NCBI GenBank assembly: GCA_040381075.1
Contig: JBEIHX010000012.1
Coordinates: 20,557-84,556 of the forward strand
Reading direction: 5' to 3'
DNA from: Hyphomonadaceae bacterium
Lineage (GTDB): Bacteria > Pseudomonadota > Alphaproteobacteria > Caulobacterales > Aquidulcibacteraceae
Length of the DNA stretch: 64,000 nucleotides
The translations under genes were made by a program, and so were the position numbers. Numbering within the stretch: position 1 is the stretch's first letter; each line of letters starts with the position of its first letter. Below the pieces are notes generated by a model. The model had not been told where the DNA came from. It worked only from the letters and a program-made list of their open reading frames with translations, and did not search any database. This document shows, piece after piece, positions 26,224 through 36,944 of the stretch.

Positions 26224-26255
26224 CGGCAGGCGTTTCGCACACCACGGGACGCCCG

Positions 26256-26312
26256 CCCACTCGCCAGAGACCCACTCGCCAGAGACCCACTCGCCAGAGA
26301 CCCACTCGCCAG
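26256..26312. repeat. tandem repeat, 15-bp unit CCCACTCGCCAGAGA x3.8
   Basis: Read directly. Confidence 0.9.
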
Positions 26313-26460
26313 TCTCCAGTGTCCAGTCGCCAGCCCCGGTGGCCGGGGGAGGCCCGAACCAGAAGCGTGTCGCAGCCGCGTGAGGTCAGTGTCGCGCAAC
26401 CCCACGGACAGGACATTGGCCTGGACGCCAGGCCGCGTCCTTGACAAGGCTCAGCCCGGC

Positions 26461-26496
26461 GCCAACGCCAACGCCAACGCCAACGCCAACGCCAAT
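26461..26496. repeat. hexanucleotide microsatellite (GCCAAC)5 + GCCAAT
   Basis: Read directly. Confidence 0.9.
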
Positions 26497-26651
26497 GCCG
26501 CATCCCGCGCCGCAGGCGTTCCCCTGGGCGCTGCGCGCCGGCCAGGGTGGCGACATCGCCCCCGCTGCTGCGCCCAGACCCGGTGACGGGGACGACGCGC
26601 CGCACTGAGCGGGGACGCAACAGGCGCCGACCGCCTTCCGGCGCGCCGCGC

Positions 26652-27332
26652 TCAGCCTGTGGCGACCACCGGGCGCAGTTTGATCTCAACACGGCGATTG
26701 CGGGCTCGACCTTCCGGCGTGTCATTCGATGCGGTCGGCTGGCTCTCGCCACGCCCGGTGGACACGATCCGTTCCATCTGGACCCCCTGGCTCGCCAGAT
26801 AGGCGGCCACCGACCCCGCACGGCGCTGAGACAAGGCCATGTTGTAGCCGTCCGAGCCCGTGCTGTCGGCATGCCCGATGACGTCGATTGTCGTCCTGGG
26901 ATAGGCCTTCAGCGTGTCTGCGATCCTGGCGAGCGTCTCGACGGCGGCGGCGTTGAGATCGGCGCGGTCAACCCCGAAGGTGATGTCATTCGGCATGGTC
27001 AGCGTGATCTCATCACCCTGACGGGTGACCGCCACGCCGGCTGACCTCGTCTGTTCACGCAGCTTGCGTTCCTGCTCGTCCATATAGCGGCCGACAGCTG
27101 CGCCTGCGACCGCGCCGACCACCGCGCCCACGGCCGCGTTGCGCCCATCATCCCCGCCAGCCGCAACACCGGCCGCCGCGCCCGCTGCAGCGCCGATCGC
27201 TGCGCCGATCGCAGTCTTGTTGTAGTCCCTTTCCCCCGTCTCCGGATCGACGCTCGCGCACCCGCTGAGCGCGACCGAGGCGGCGAGGGCAGTGGCTGTG
27301 AGGGCAGTGGCGGTGAGCAGGCGGATCATCAT
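26652..27332 (-). CDS. OmpA-family lipoprotein (glycine-zipper + OmpA C-terminal peptidoglycan-binding domain)
   Basis: Start at ATG 27332: MMIRLLTATALTATALAASVALSGC lipobox. Gly/Ala zipper GAAIGAAAGAAAGVAAGG. OmpA_C motifs GHADSTGSDGYNMALSQRRA, NRRVEI. Confidence 0.85.
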   Translation of the reverse strand: MMIRLLTATALTATALAASVALSGCASVDPETGERDYNKTAIGAAIGAAAGAAAGVAAGGDDGRNAAVGAVVGAVAGAAVGRYMDEQERKLREQTRSAGVAVTRQGDEITLTMPNDITFGVDRADLNAAAVETLARIADTLKAYPRTTIDVIGHADSTGSDGYNMALSQRRAGSVAAYLASQGVQMERIVSTGRGESQPTASNDTPEGRARNRRVEIKLRPVVATG

Positions 27333-27627
27333 GGGGCTCCTTGCGGGCGCGGCTGACCGGACAGGCCGCGTCCGCGCCGTCTGAGGCCCACTGGACGCCA
27401 GGGCTGCTGAACGGAACCTGACCAGCCTCACGCAGGACCCGCCCATGCTCGGCGCGCCCCCGGCGACTGTTCTTCAGGAACGCCACGTCGCGCAATCCCG
27501 GCTCGACTGTGCGGGGTGGTGAGGGCGCTCTTGTGGATGTTCACCTGGCGCATCTGCGAAGAAATTGACGCGGCGCCATCACTCTCATCGCTCCGCGCCG
27601 GGTGGACAACCTCTCGGCGGACCACGC

Positions 27628-28254
27628 TTAGCGTCCGAGGGTGTAGGGCCCGCCGCGGTCAAGGGCGCGTTGATAGGCAGGCCTGGCCTGCATGCGGTCG
27701 AGATACTCCGTCAGGCGCGGATAGGTCGCAAGTCGTCCGCCAGCGGCGGCCGCCTCGAGCACAAAAGTCATCTGAACGTCACAGGCGGTGAAATCGTTCC
27801 CGGCGAAGTAGGGCCGATCCGACAGTGCGCCCTCCATATAGTCAAGATGGTTGGCCACCTCGGACATGATGCGCGGGGCCAGCGGCGCTGCGGCCTCGCC
27901 AAGCCGGCTTGTGTAGAGCGCCAGCATCAGCGGCAGCATGGCCGATCCCTCAGCGAAGTGCATCCAATGCAGATAGTCCAGCGCAGCCTGCGATCCGGGC
28001 GCAGGCGTAAGCCGGCCGCCGCCATGCCGGCTCGCCAGATATTCGATGATCGCGCCGGACTCCGCGATTGTGCGGCCATCGTCGGTGATCACCGGCGACT
28101 TGCCGAGCGGGTGAACGGCCTTCAGCGCCGCTGGCGCCAGACGGGTGAGCGCATCGCGCTCGTAGAACGCGATCTGATAGTCGACGCCCAGTTCCTCGAG
28201 GAGCCAGAGAATGCGCTGCGAGCGCGAATTGTTGAGGTGATGAACAGTGATCAA
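27628..28254 (-). CDS. glutathione S-transferase
   Basis: (L/M)ITVHHLNNSRSQRILWLLEELGVDYQI N-terminal thioredoxin-like domain plus helical C-domain. Start proposed at TTG 28254 after GGGAGA; the track ATG at 28425 adds 57 non-conserved residues. Confidence 0.75.
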   Translation of the reverse strand: MITVHHLNNSRSQRILWLLEELGVDYQIAFYERDALTRLAPAALKAVHPLGKSPVITDDGRTIAESGAIIEYLASRHGGGRLTPAPGSQAALDYLHWMHFAEGSAMLPLMLALYTSRLGEAAAPLAPRIMSEVANHLDYMEGALSDRPYFAGNDFTACDVQMTFVLEAAAAGGRLATYPRLTEYLDRMQARPAYQRALDRGGPYTLGR

Positions 28255-28449
28255 GTCGGGTCTCCCATGTCTCACCAGGCGCGCCGCGCGCGCAAGCATA
28301 CCGCAATAGCCGCGCCGCGCGCGCCCGCATCCTGCATTAGCCGCGCCGCCTGCGCACCGCAGCGACACCGTCTGCGTCGGCGCATGCGCCTTCAAGCCAT
28401 AAACCGCGTCCAGAGCCGCGCCCAATCAGGCTCAGGCTGATCCGGCTCA

Positions 28450-28494
28450 GGCCAAACCCATTTGGGCCAAACCTATTTGGGCCAATCCGATTGA
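28450..28494. repeat. tandem repeat, 15-bp unit GGCCAAACCYATTTG x3 (last copy degenerate)
   Basis: Read directly between the GST gene and the M13 peptidase gene. Confidence 0.8.
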
Positions 28495-28533
28495 GGCCCG
28501 ACCAGGCTGAACCGGGTCGGGCCCATCAGCCGG

Positions 28534-30714
28534 TCACCAGATCGAAACACGCTCTGCGGGCTTCAGGTAGAGCGCGTCTGCCTCCGTCACCCCGAATGCG
28601 GCGTACCAGGCGTCGACGTTGCGCACCACCCCGTTCACGCGGTACCGCGCCGGCGAATGCGGATCGGACAGAACCTGCTCGCGCAGCGCCTCGTCCCGAT
28701 ACTTGGAGCGCCAGACCTGCGCCCACGACAGAAAGAACCGCTGGTCGCCCGTCAGACCGTCAAGCACTGGCGCTTCCTTGCCGTTCAACGACATTCTGTA
28801 GGCGTGATACGCCATGTTGACGCCGCCGAGATCACCAATGTTTTCACCCAGCGTGAGTTGCCCATTAACCTTCAAACCAGGCAGCGGCTCGTACGCGCTG
28901 TACTGCTCGACCAGCTTGCGGCCGCGCGCGGCGAACGCCGCCCCGTCCCTGTCATTCCACCAATCCGCCAGCTTGCCCTCGCCGTCGAACTTGGCGCCCT
29001 GGTCGTCGAAACCATGGCCGATCTCATGGCCAATGACCGCCCCGATAGCCCCGTAGTTGACGGCGTCATCTGCGGCAGGATCGAAGAAGGGCGGCTGCAG
29101 GATCGCGGCCGGAAACACGATCTCGTTTTTCGTCGGGTTGTAATAGGCGTTCACCGTTTGCGGCGTCATGGCCCATTCCGTCCTGTCCACCGGGCGTTCG
29201 AGCTTGCCGACCTCATAGCGCCAGTTGGACGCCGTCGCCCGGCGAACGTTGCCGATGAGGTCATCCCGGCGGATTTCAAGATCTGCATAGTCGCGGAATT
29301 TTTCCGGATAGCCGATCTTCGGGTCAAAGGTCGCAAGCTTCGCGAGCGCCTTGGCCTTGGTTTCGGGCGTCATCCACTCAAGCGCTTCGATGCGTTGGCG
29401 CAGGGCGGCGCGCAGATTGGCGACCAGAAGCTCCATCTTCGCCTTGGCCTCCGGGGGGAAGTACTTCTCCACATAGACCTTGCCGACAGCCTCGCCGATT
29501 TGCGTGTCGACAAGTTCAACGCCGCGCTTCCAGCGGGCCCGCTGTTCGCCCTGCCCACGCAGCGTGCGGCCATAAAAGGCGAAGCGCGCGTCATCGAACG
29601 CCTTGGGCAGATATCGTGCATGATCCGAGAGAAGATGAACACGAAGATAGTCTCGCCAGACGTCGATCCGCTCGCGCCGCACCAGCGCGGCGATCGTCTT
29701 CAGCGCCGACATTTCGGAAAGCACGAAAGCGTCCCGTCGACCGAGGTCCGCCGCCGCAAAGAACGCGTCCCAGTCAAGGCCGGGCGCAAACGCCTTGATC
29801 TGCGAGCGGCTGCGCGGGTTGTACGTCCTGTCGATGTCGCGCGTCTGCTCGGCCGGCCAGTGGGCGGCCGCAATCCGCGTCTCCAGCGCCATAACCGCCC
29901 TGGCCCGGGTCGCCGCCTGCCCTGTGGGCTCGCCTGCAAGCGTCAGGATCTGGGCGAGATACGCCTCATAGGCCGCGCGGATCTCCTTAAACTTCGCGTC
30001 CTGCCTGAGGTAGTAGTCGCGGTCAGGCAGGCCGAGGCCCGACTGGCTGACATAGACGGTCGCCGCGGTCGGCGTCTTGAGATCCTCCCAGACGCCGAGA
30101 TCGATCGGCGAGGCAAAGCCGCGCGCGCCGAACAGCGCGGACAGGTCTGTCGCGGTGCGCGCTGCGGCGATCCTGTCGAGGTCAGCCTTGAGCGGGGTCA
30201 GGCCCAGGCTTTCGATCCGCGCCCCATCCATGAAGCTCGCATAGAAATCGCCGACCTTCTGGTCGACCGCTCCCGGCGCCGCCTTCGTCGCCGCCTTGGC
30301 CTCGATGATCTCTTTCAGTCGCGTCTCGGACAGCTCATCGAGTTTGTGGAACATGCCGTAGCTCGACCGGTCGGCCGGAATCTCATAGGTGGCGAGCCAA
30401 CCGCCATTGACATAGGCGAAAAAGTCGTCGCCCGGCCTGACGCCAGGGTTCCTGGCCGTGAGGTCCAACCCCCAGGCGCCAATCTGGGCCTTCGCCGCAG
30501 GCGGGCCCGGCTCCGGCGCGCCCGGCTCCGGTCTGGGCGAACAGGCGATCACCAGTGCGCTGAGCGCGCCGACGGCAAAGGCTCCAATGGCCGGCGCCCT
30601 GCCTGCCGGGCCCCGGCCAGTCGCCGTCCGCCCCGCCAGACCCCCATCCGCGAGGGCCCCGTCTTTCAGGATCCTGCCTTTCAGGATCCTGCCCTTACGC
30701 AAACTGGTCGCCAT
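28534..30714 (-). CDS. M13 family zinc metallopeptidase (PepO / endothelin-converting-enzyme-like), lipoprotein
   Basis: 726 aa with HEIGHGFDD zinc motif, GENIGDLGG, C-terminal W. Lipobox LVIACS. N-terminal KGRILKGRIL is encoded by a 15-bp duplication (30663-30692); the true start is uncertain. Confidence 0.85.
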   Translation of the reverse strand: MATSLRKGRILKGRILKDGALADGGLAGRTATGRGPAGRAPAIGAFAVGALSALVIACSPRPEPGAPEPGPPAAKAQIGAWGLDLTARNPGVRPGDDFFAYVNGGWLATYEIPADRSSYGMFHKLDELSETRLKEIIEAKAATKAAPGAVDQKVGDFYASFMDGARIESLGLTPLKADLDRIAAARTATDLSALFGARGFASPIDLGVWEDLKTPTAATVYVSQSGLGLPDRDYYLRQDAKFKEIRAAYEAYLAQILTLAGEPTGQAATRARAVMALETRIAAAHWPAEQTRDIDRTYNPRSRSQIKAFAPGLDWDAFFAAADLGRRDAFVLSEMSALKTIAALVRRERIDVWRDYLRVHLLSDHARYLPKAFDDARFAFYGRTLRGQGEQRARWKRGVELVDTQIGEAVGKVYVEKYFPPEAKAKMELLVANLRAALRQRIEALEWMTPETKAKALAKLATFDPKIGYPEKFRDYADLEIRRDDLIGNVRRATASNWRYEVGKLERPVDRTEWAMTPQTVNAYYNPTKNEIVFPAAILQPPFFDPAADDAVNYGAIGAVIGHEIGHGFDDQGAKFDGEGKLADWWNDRDGAAFAARGRKLVEQYSAYEPLPGLKVNGQLTLGENIGDLGGVNMAYHAYRMSLNGKEAPVLDGLTGDQRFFLSWAQVWRSKYRDEALREQVLSDPHSPARYRVNGVVRNVDAWYAAFGVTEADALYLKPAERVSIW

Positions 30715-30800
30715 GCCGCCACCTCATTCACCACAAGCCATCCATCTCCGGCCCGCATTCAACCCGCCGCCCGGCGCAGCCTGCAGGCCGGGGCGCCAGC

Positions 30801-33800
30801 CTAACGCGCACTTTCAGAAGCGCCAGAGCGCAATCGTTCCACGGTCCATGGTTCTGAGCGCCCGCGCCATATCCGGGCGCTCAGGGTCTTGGCGTCCTTG
30901 GCGATCATGTACAGCGCAGGCGTCAGCAGGAGCGTGACTGGCATGCACAAAAGAACGCCGAACGCCAGGGCGATGATCATCGGTTTCAGGAACTGTGCGC
31001 TGACGGATCTTTCGAACATCATCGGCGCAGTGCCCACGAACTCGGTGATCGATGTCAGGAAGATCTGCCGGAACCGCGAGACCGACGCTTCAATGATGCG
31101 GTCCTGCGCCTCATGCGTGGTGAAGGAAAGCACCGGCCTGCGCTCATCGTCCGTGAGCATCCGCTCAACATCGTCGGGCGAGCAATCCTGCGCTTGTGCA
31201 TCGGCGGTTGGCGCGCCGCCTCCCCCGCGCAGCGCCGCAAGGCGCGCGAGCGCCTGGCGGGCCATGATGGCGTTGGCCTTGTCGATGAGGACCACGTTGT
31301 CATTGACCACCACGCCTGCCGCAGCGACCAGACCAAGCCATGAAAACAGCGCAAAGGTCGACCCGCCCAGAAAGTGTCCGATCACGGCGCCGACAAAGGC
31401 GAAGGGAATTACGGACATGATCAGAAGCGGCGTCGAGTATGCGCGGAAAATCACTGCAAGCAGCATGTACATGCCCGCCAGTGCAACCAGAACCAGGCGT
31501 GCAAACTCTGCAAAGAACTCCTGTTCGCCCTGCTGTTCGCCGATGTTTCGCCGGCTGACGGTCGGGTGTCGCGCCTCGAAGTCAGGCCAGAAATCATCGT
31601 CGAGCGCCGTCAGGATCTCCTTGGCGCTGCCTTCACCGGCCTCAACCGACACCACGATCGAGCGCTTCCGGTCGCGTCGGTCGATCGTCGTCACGCCCGG
31701 TGAAAATTCCGCTTCGGCGACGGCATAGAATGGAACCTCGCGGCCGTCCGGGGTGCGCAGCCGGAAGTCGCGCAGGCTGTCGAGCGTCCGACGCTCGGTC
31801 TGAGGGTAGCGCACATAGACGCGCACGTCCTGCCCATTGGCGGGAAGGCGCTGCACCTCCTCGCCGAAATAGGCCTGACGCGCCTGCATCGTGACGTCAG
31901 CCAACGTCAGGCCAAGCTGCTCAGCGCCAGGGCGGAGCGAAATGCGCAGCTCCTCAGTGGGACTGTCTTCGCTGTCGCTGACGTCAAACACGGCCGCATA
32001 CGTGCGCAGCTCCGCCTTCAAGTCCTCCACCGCGGCGCGCAGTTCCTCAGTGTCCGGGGAGGACAGCGCGATGTCGAGCGCGGCACGGTCATTGTCAAAA
32101 CTTGTCGCGATGTCGACCTTCTCCGCATCGGGGATGTCGCCAACGCGCGCCTGGAGCCGGCGGGCGATTTCCTTGGTCGATACGTCGCGCGCCTCGGGCG
32201 GCGTCAAAATGATGTAGCCGGTGATCTGACGGTCCGTCGTGGTCATGTACCAGCTTCGAACAGCCCCGCGCGACAGCGGTTCTCCGGTCTTCGGATCCTT
32301 GTAGACCAGATCCTGGGTGTCGCCTTCAAAGGCGACGCGCGCTGCGTCGAGGTGAGCGGCGACCTGCCTGGTCCGCTCGAAGGGCGTGCCGGCCGGCATG
32401 GTGACCGAGACGCGCATGAAGTCGTTCTCGACATCCGGCATGAAGGACTGCTTGACGCGCCCGGAAGAAAACAGGCCGATGGCGAGCGCAAACACCGCCA
32501 CGAAGACAGCGAGCGTGACATAGCGCCAGCGCACGGCGCGCCTCAACAGCGGCTGATAGACGGTGTCGGCGAACCAGATGACCGAGTTGGCGCAGCGTTG
32601 CTGCAGGGCCATCAGACGGCCGCTGAAGCCCTTGCGGATGGCGACGGGGCGGACGTGGGCGAGGTGCGCGGGAAGAATGATCAGGCTCTCGATCAGCGAG
32701 AAGATCAGCGTCGACATCACCACGATCGAGATTGCCCGGGTGAATTGCTGGACTTCGCCTGTGAGGAACATCCACGGCAGAAAGGCGATCATGGTGACGA
32801 AGACCGACGCCATCAGCGGCTTGAGAACCATCTGCGTCGCCAGAATGGCCGAATCCGCCCCGGTATGGCCGCGCTCCACCCGCTCGTAAATCGCCTCCCC
32901 GACGATGATGGCGTCATCCACCATGATGCCGAGGACCAGCAGGAAGCCGAATACGGTCATGAAGTTCAGGGAGACGTCGGCGTAAGGCAGGATGATGAAA
33001 GAGCCCGCAAAGGCGGTGATGACGCCAAGCGTCGCCCAGAACGCCACCATCGGATGCAGCGTCAGGAGCAGCAGCAGGAAGATCAGGACAAAGCCCTGCA
33101 GGGCGTTCTGGAACAGGATGTCGAGCAGGCTCTCGTAATCCTGCGCGTTGTCATAGACCATCGACAGCCGCACGCCCTCCGGCAGGCGGCCCGACGCGTT
33201 GAGGGTCTGCATGTAGTCGCGAACCGACGCCGACGTCTTGGACAGGTTGAAGCGGTCCGCGGCCTGGATCACAATCATCGTGGCGGGTTCGCCGTCCTGG
33301 CGGCTCTCCAGATTGTAGTCGGCAAAGCCGTCGACGACCTTTGCAAGGTCGCCCACGCGCACCGTCGATCCGTCGGCGGTCTGGCGCACCACGATCGTTT
33401 CAAAGTCAACGCCGGTTTCGCCGAGATTGCGGGCGCGCAGCTGGTAGTCGCCCGCCGCCGTGCGCACCACGCCTGACGACAGATCAATCGATGTCGCGCG
33501 CACCGCCCGGGCGACCTCGTCAAAGGTCACTGCGTAGCGGCGCAGGGCCTCCTCAGAAACCTCAATCGAGATCTCGCGCGGACGACGGTCGCTGATGATG
33601 GTGAGCGCGCCGCCCGGCAGCGCCGCAATCTCTGCGCGCACCCGCTCGGCGAGGTCGTAGAGCGTGCGCTCACTGACATCGCCATGCAGCGCCAGCATCA
33701 CCGCCCAGTCGCGATAGACGCTCTGGCGCACCCGCAGCGGCTCAAGATCGCGCGGCAGGCCCGAGATCGATTCCACCTGGGTCTTGACCTCGTCCAGCAG

Positions 33801-34115
33801 GACATTGACGTCCTTGGACGGGTCGGCGGCGAGATAGATCCAGCCATATCCTTCATTGGCCTGACTGCGGATCCGCCGGATCCCGTCGATCGAGGAAACG
33901 GCCTCTTCAACACGCGTCACGACCTGGCGCTCGACATCCTGCGGGCTTGCGCCAATCCAGGTCGCCTCGATCTCCACCCCCTGGTCTCTGATCCCAGGCT
34001 GGAATTCGCGGTCCATCATGAAAAAGCTTATGAGGCCGAACACGACGCTCAGCACCATGACGAGATTGCCTGCGACCGGGTTCTTGCCCCACCAGGCGAC
34101 GATAGCCTTCATCAT
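30801..34115 (-). CDS. RND efflux transporter permease (AcrB/HAE family)
   Basis: Start at ATG 34115 (MMKAIVAWWGKNPVAGNLVMVL), overlapping the MFP stop in ATGA. 12-TM, two-large-loop architecture. Confidence 0.9.
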   Translation of the reverse strand: MMKAIVAWWGKNPVAGNLVMVLSVVFGLISFFMMDREFQPGIRDQGVEIEATWIGASPQDVERQVVTRVEEAVSSIDGIRRIRSQANEGYGWIYLAADPSKDVNVLLDEVKTQVESISGLPRDLEPLRVRQSVYRDWAVMLALHGDVSERTLYDLAERVRAEIAALPGGALTIISDRRPREISIEVSEEALRRYAVTFDEVARAVRATSIDLSSGVVRTAAGDYQLRARNLGETGVDFETIVVRQTADGSTVRVGDLAKVVDGFADYNLESRQDGEPATMIVIQAADRFNLSKTSASVRDYMQTLNASGRLPEGVRLSMVYDNAQDYESLLDILFQNALQGFVLIFLLLLLTLHPMVAFWATLGVITAFAGSFIILPYADVSLNFMTVFGFLLVLGIMVDDAIIVGEAIYERVERGHTGADSAILATQMVLKPLMASVFVTMIAFLPWMFLTGEVQQFTRAISIVVMSTLIFSLIESLIILPAHLAHVRPVAIRKGFSGRLMALQQRCANSVIWFADTVYQPLLRRAVRWRYVTLAVFVAVFALAIGLFSSGRVKQSFMPDVENDFMRVSVTMPAGTPFERTRQVAAHLDAARVAFEGDTQDLVYKDPKTGEPLSRGAVRSWYMTTTDRQITGYIILTPPEARDVSTKEIARRLQARVGDIPDAEKVDIATSFDNDRAALDIALSSPDTEELRAAVEDLKAELRTYAAVFDVSDSEDSPTEELRISLRPGAEQLGLTLADVTMQARQAYFGEEVQRLPANGQDVRVYVRYPQTERRTLDSLRDFRLRTPDGREVPFYAVAEAEFSPGVTTIDRRDRKRSIVVSVEAGEGSAKEILTALDDDFWPDFEARHPTVSRRNIGEQQGEQEFFAEFARLVLVALAGMYMLLAVIFRAYSTPLLIMSVIPFAFVGAVIGHFLGGSTFALFSWLGLVAAAGVVVNDNVVLIDKANAIMARQALARLAALRGGGGAPTADAQAQDCSPDDVERMLTDDERRPVLSFTTHEAQDRIIEASVSRFRQIFLTSITEFVGTAPMMFERSVSAQFLKPMIIALAFGVLLCMPVTLLLTPALYMIAKDAKTLSARIWRGRSEPWTVERLRSGASESAR

Positions 34116-35413
34116 GGCGTCATTCCCCCCCGGCCGGTTTCGCCCTGGGCTGCGCGCGGCGGGGCCGGCCCGGCGGCGCCGCCTTGGCCCGTCACGGCGA
34201 CTTTCTGGCCGGGCATAGCGGCGGCCAGGGCCGACGTGACCACCCGTTCGCCAGGCTTGAGGCCGCTTCGGAAATAGGCGCCACTCTCGTCGCTCCATGC
34301 CGGACGCAGCTGGCGCACCTCGAGCAGGCCGTCCGGCGAGACGACGAGCACCTCATCGGCCTTGCGCAGCGCAACGCGGGGAATGCGAATGAAGGTTTCG
34401 CTGCGCGCCGCCTCGATCACCGCGTCCACAAACAGACCGGGCGCCAGGGGCTGGGGATGGCGCGCAGCGAAGGGCGCCGGGGCTTCGACGACGGCGAAAG
34501 CCTGGCGGGTGCGCCCGTCCAGGGCCGCTTCCGTGCGCACCAGGCGGGCGTCCCAGGCGCGCGGCGCGCCGCCGATCGTCGCCTGCAGGACCGCGCTTGG
34601 TCCTGGCTGCGTGCGGCTGGCTGTGAACCCAAGCGTCAGGCCAAGCGCTGCAAGGTCGGCGTCCGTCAATGGAAGGCGGACTTCCGCCGCATCCGTGGCG
34701 AACGCCGAGCCGACCGATGCGCCAGGTCCGACGAACTGGCCGACTGCGGCCATGCGTTCGCGCACGCGGCCCTCGAAGGGGGCGACGATTGCGGTGCGCT
34801 GCAGGGCCAGGCGCGCTTCTTCCAGCCCTGCCTGCGCTGCGGCGAGGGCGGCGCGGGCTTCCGCCAGCTGCGGTTCGCGCAGCGCCAGCGGGGAAGGCTC
34901 GCCGCGGCCGAGCTCCGCCCAATCCTGGCGCGCCAGCGCAGCCTCGGCCTCTTCGCGGAGCAGGCCCTGGCGGGCCTGGGCGACCCGCGCCTCCTGCTGC
35001 ACCACCGAGAGCCGGTAGTCCGCCTCGTCCAGACGGGCGAGAACCTGGCCGCGCGCAACGCGCGCGCCGGCCGCGAAATCCGGACTGATCCAGGCGATCC
35101 GGCCGCTCACCTGTGAGGTGAGCTGGGCTTCCTGCCTGGGCCGCACCTCGCCCTGGGCGCGCACCCGCAGGCGCAGCGTCACAGTTTCCGCCGGGGCCAC
35201 GAACACCGCAGGCGGACGCACCGCTTCCTGCTTCTTCTCCGGCTTGCTTCGGGTCTGCTGCAGCACGACGCAGCCGGCCACACCCACGCCAATGATGGCG
35301 GCAGGAACCGCAAGCATCCAGATCCGCCGCGCGGTCATCCCGCGCGGCTGCGCGTCAGTGCCGCCGTCCTGCGCGCCTGCCCGGTCGGACATGGCTTCAG
35401 ATCGATCAGACAT
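34112..35413 (-). CDS. RND efflux periplasmic adaptor (membrane fusion protein)
   Basis: Start at ATG 35413, overlapping the OMF stop by 8 nt. TM anchor IWMLAVPAAIIGVGVAGCVVL, coiled-coil hairpin, beta-barrel region. Confidence 0.85.
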   Translation of the reverse strand: MSDRSEAMSDRAGAQDGGTDAQPRGMTARRIWMLAVPAAIIGVGVAGCVVLQQTRSKPEKKQEAVRPPAVFVAPAETVTLRLRVRAQGEVRPRQEAQLTSQVSGRIAWISPDFAAGARVARGQVLARLDEADYRLSVVQQEARVAQARQGLLREEAEAALARQDWAELGRGEPSPLALREPQLAEARAALAAAQAGLEEARLALQRTAIVAPFEGRVRERMAAVGQFVGPGASVGSAFATDAAEVRLPLTDADLAALGLTLGFTASRTQPGPSAVLQATIGGAPRAWDARLVRTEAALDGRTRQAFAVVEAPAPFAARHPQPLAPGLFVDAVIEAARSETFIRIPRVALRKADEVLVVSPDGLLEVRQLRPAWSDESGAYFRSGLKPGERVVTSALAAAMPGQKVAVTGQGGAAGPAPPRAAQGETGRGGMTP

Positions 35414-36944
35414 CGGGCTTCTCCAGTGCAGAGCCCCGCGCCGCTGCGTCCTCACCGGAGGCGGTCTGCGGGGAAACGGTGGGTTGAAGGGGTGAACGCC
35501 CTGAGCCTGCAGGCCCGCCGGCCCCGTCCATCGGGGGCTGGTCCGGGCCGCCGCCCAGCGCGAGATGATAGCGCACCCGATTGATGGCCCGGTCGGCGCG
35601 CGTCGCAAGCACCGCCTCGTCGGCGGCTATGCGGCGTCCCTGCGCATCCAGGAGGTCGAAAATCGAGACAAGACCCTCACTGTACTGACGCTCCGCCAGC
35701 GCTTCGGCGCGGCGCGCCTCGCGGGCGGCGATCACGCGCGCGGCCTCCTGGTCGGCCAGCAGCATGTCTGCGGCCTGCGCATCCGTCACTTCGCGCCAGG
35801 CGTCGAGCGTGGTGCGGGCGTATCCGGCCAGGCGCTCAGCAGCGACGGCGCGCTGTGCGTCGACCTCCGCGCGCAGCGCGCCGCCCCTAAAAATCGGCGC
35901 CAGCACGCCGCCGGCGATCCGGCTGGTGAGCGAATCGAGATCGAATACCTCGGCAAGCTCAGACGCGCCGATGTCGCCGGTCATGGAGAGCGTGAGGCGG
36001 GGGGCCAGCGCCTTGCGCGCCGCGGCCACGTCCAGCCGGGCCGAACGCAGGCGCGCTTCGGCCGCCGCCACGTCTGGCCGGCGCGCCAGGAGCGTGTCCG
36101 GCGCGCCAATCGCGGAGGCTGGTTCAAGCTGCGGCAGGTCGCCCTCGGCTGCAATGGCGCCGGCCGGGCGCCGGCCAAGCGTGACCTCAAGCCGGCGCGC
36201 CGCCTCGCCAGCCCCCTGCCGGCGCAGCGCCAGGCTGGCTTGCGCGCTCGCTGCGGTGGAGCGCGCCAGGCGCACATCGAGGGCCCGGGCGACGCCGCGT
36301 TCGAAGCGCCGCTCCACCAGCGCCAGCGATCGCGCACGCAAGGCCGCATCCTCAGCCGCCAGCGCCTCAAGCGCGCGCGCCTCCTGCAGGCGCAGCCAGC
36401 CGCTGGCGGTCTCGCCAAGCACCGCCAGGCGCACCCCGGCCAGATCCGCCGCCGTCGCCGCCGCCCCAAGCCGCGCAGCCTTGGTTTCGTCGCTCAGGCG
36501 ACCCCACAGGTCCGCCTCCCAGCTTGCGCTCAGCTGCAGGCCGTAGGTGTGCGTCTCCACGCTCTGAGAGCGCACGGCGCCTGCGGTCAATCCGGCGTCG
36601 ATGTTCACGCTTCGCGTCGCCGCACTCTGGCGCAGCCGCGCGCGGACCTGCGCCAGACGCGCCTGGGCCGCCGCCAGATCGGAATTGGCCCCGAGCGCCT
36701 CCCGCGCCAGCGCCAGCAGGCCCGGGCCTCCCAGGGGGCTGAGCCACGCGAGCTCCGACACCTCGGCCGTTTGTCCCGCGCGCGCCGGTGCGCTGAGGGG
36801 TGGGCTGCGCCCAACATCCGGTCCGGCGGCCAGCACCGGGCCAGGTCCGGCGCCTGACGCGGCTCCCTGCGGCGCCGTTGCGCACCCCGCGACTGCAAAA
36901 ATCGCAACGGCGCCGAGCACCCATGGGCTGTCGGAAACTGACAT
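35406..36944 (-). CDS. efflux outer membrane factor lipoprotein (NodT/OprM, TolC family)
   Basis: 512 aa with lipobox FAVAGCA and duplicated OEP repeats. First gene of the OMF-MFP-RND operon. Confidence 0.85.
   Translation of the reverse strand: MSVSDSPWVLGAVAIFAVAGCATAPQGAASGAGPGPVLAAGPDVGRSPPLSAPARAGQTAEVSELAWLSPLGGPGLLALAREALGANSDLAAAQARLAQVRARLRQSAATRSVNIDAGLTAGAVRSQSVETHTYGLQLSASWEADLWGRLSDETKAARLGAAATAADLAGVRLAVLGETASGWLRLQEARALEALAAEDAALRARSLALVERRFERGVARALDVRLARSTAASAQASLALRRQGAGEAARRLEVTLGRRPAGAIAAEGDLPQLEPASAIGAPDTLLARRPDVAAAEARLRSARLDVAAARKALAPRLTLSMTGDIGASELAEVFDLDSLTSRIAGGVLAPIFRGGALRAEVDAQRAVAAERLAGYARTTLDAWREVTDAQAADMLLADQEAARVIAAREARRAEALAERQYSEGLVSIFDLLDAQGRRIAADEAVLATRADRAINRVRYHLALGGGPDQPPMDGAGGPAGSGRSPLQPTVSPQTASGEDAAARGSALEKPDV

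Noticed and set aside
28657-30804. 715-aa ORF on the + strand
   Set aside because: It lies fully antisense to the M13 peptidase gene, which has clear catalytic motifs. The product is Arg/Gly/Pro/Ala-rich with no motif. Long stop-free antisense frames are expected at this GC content.
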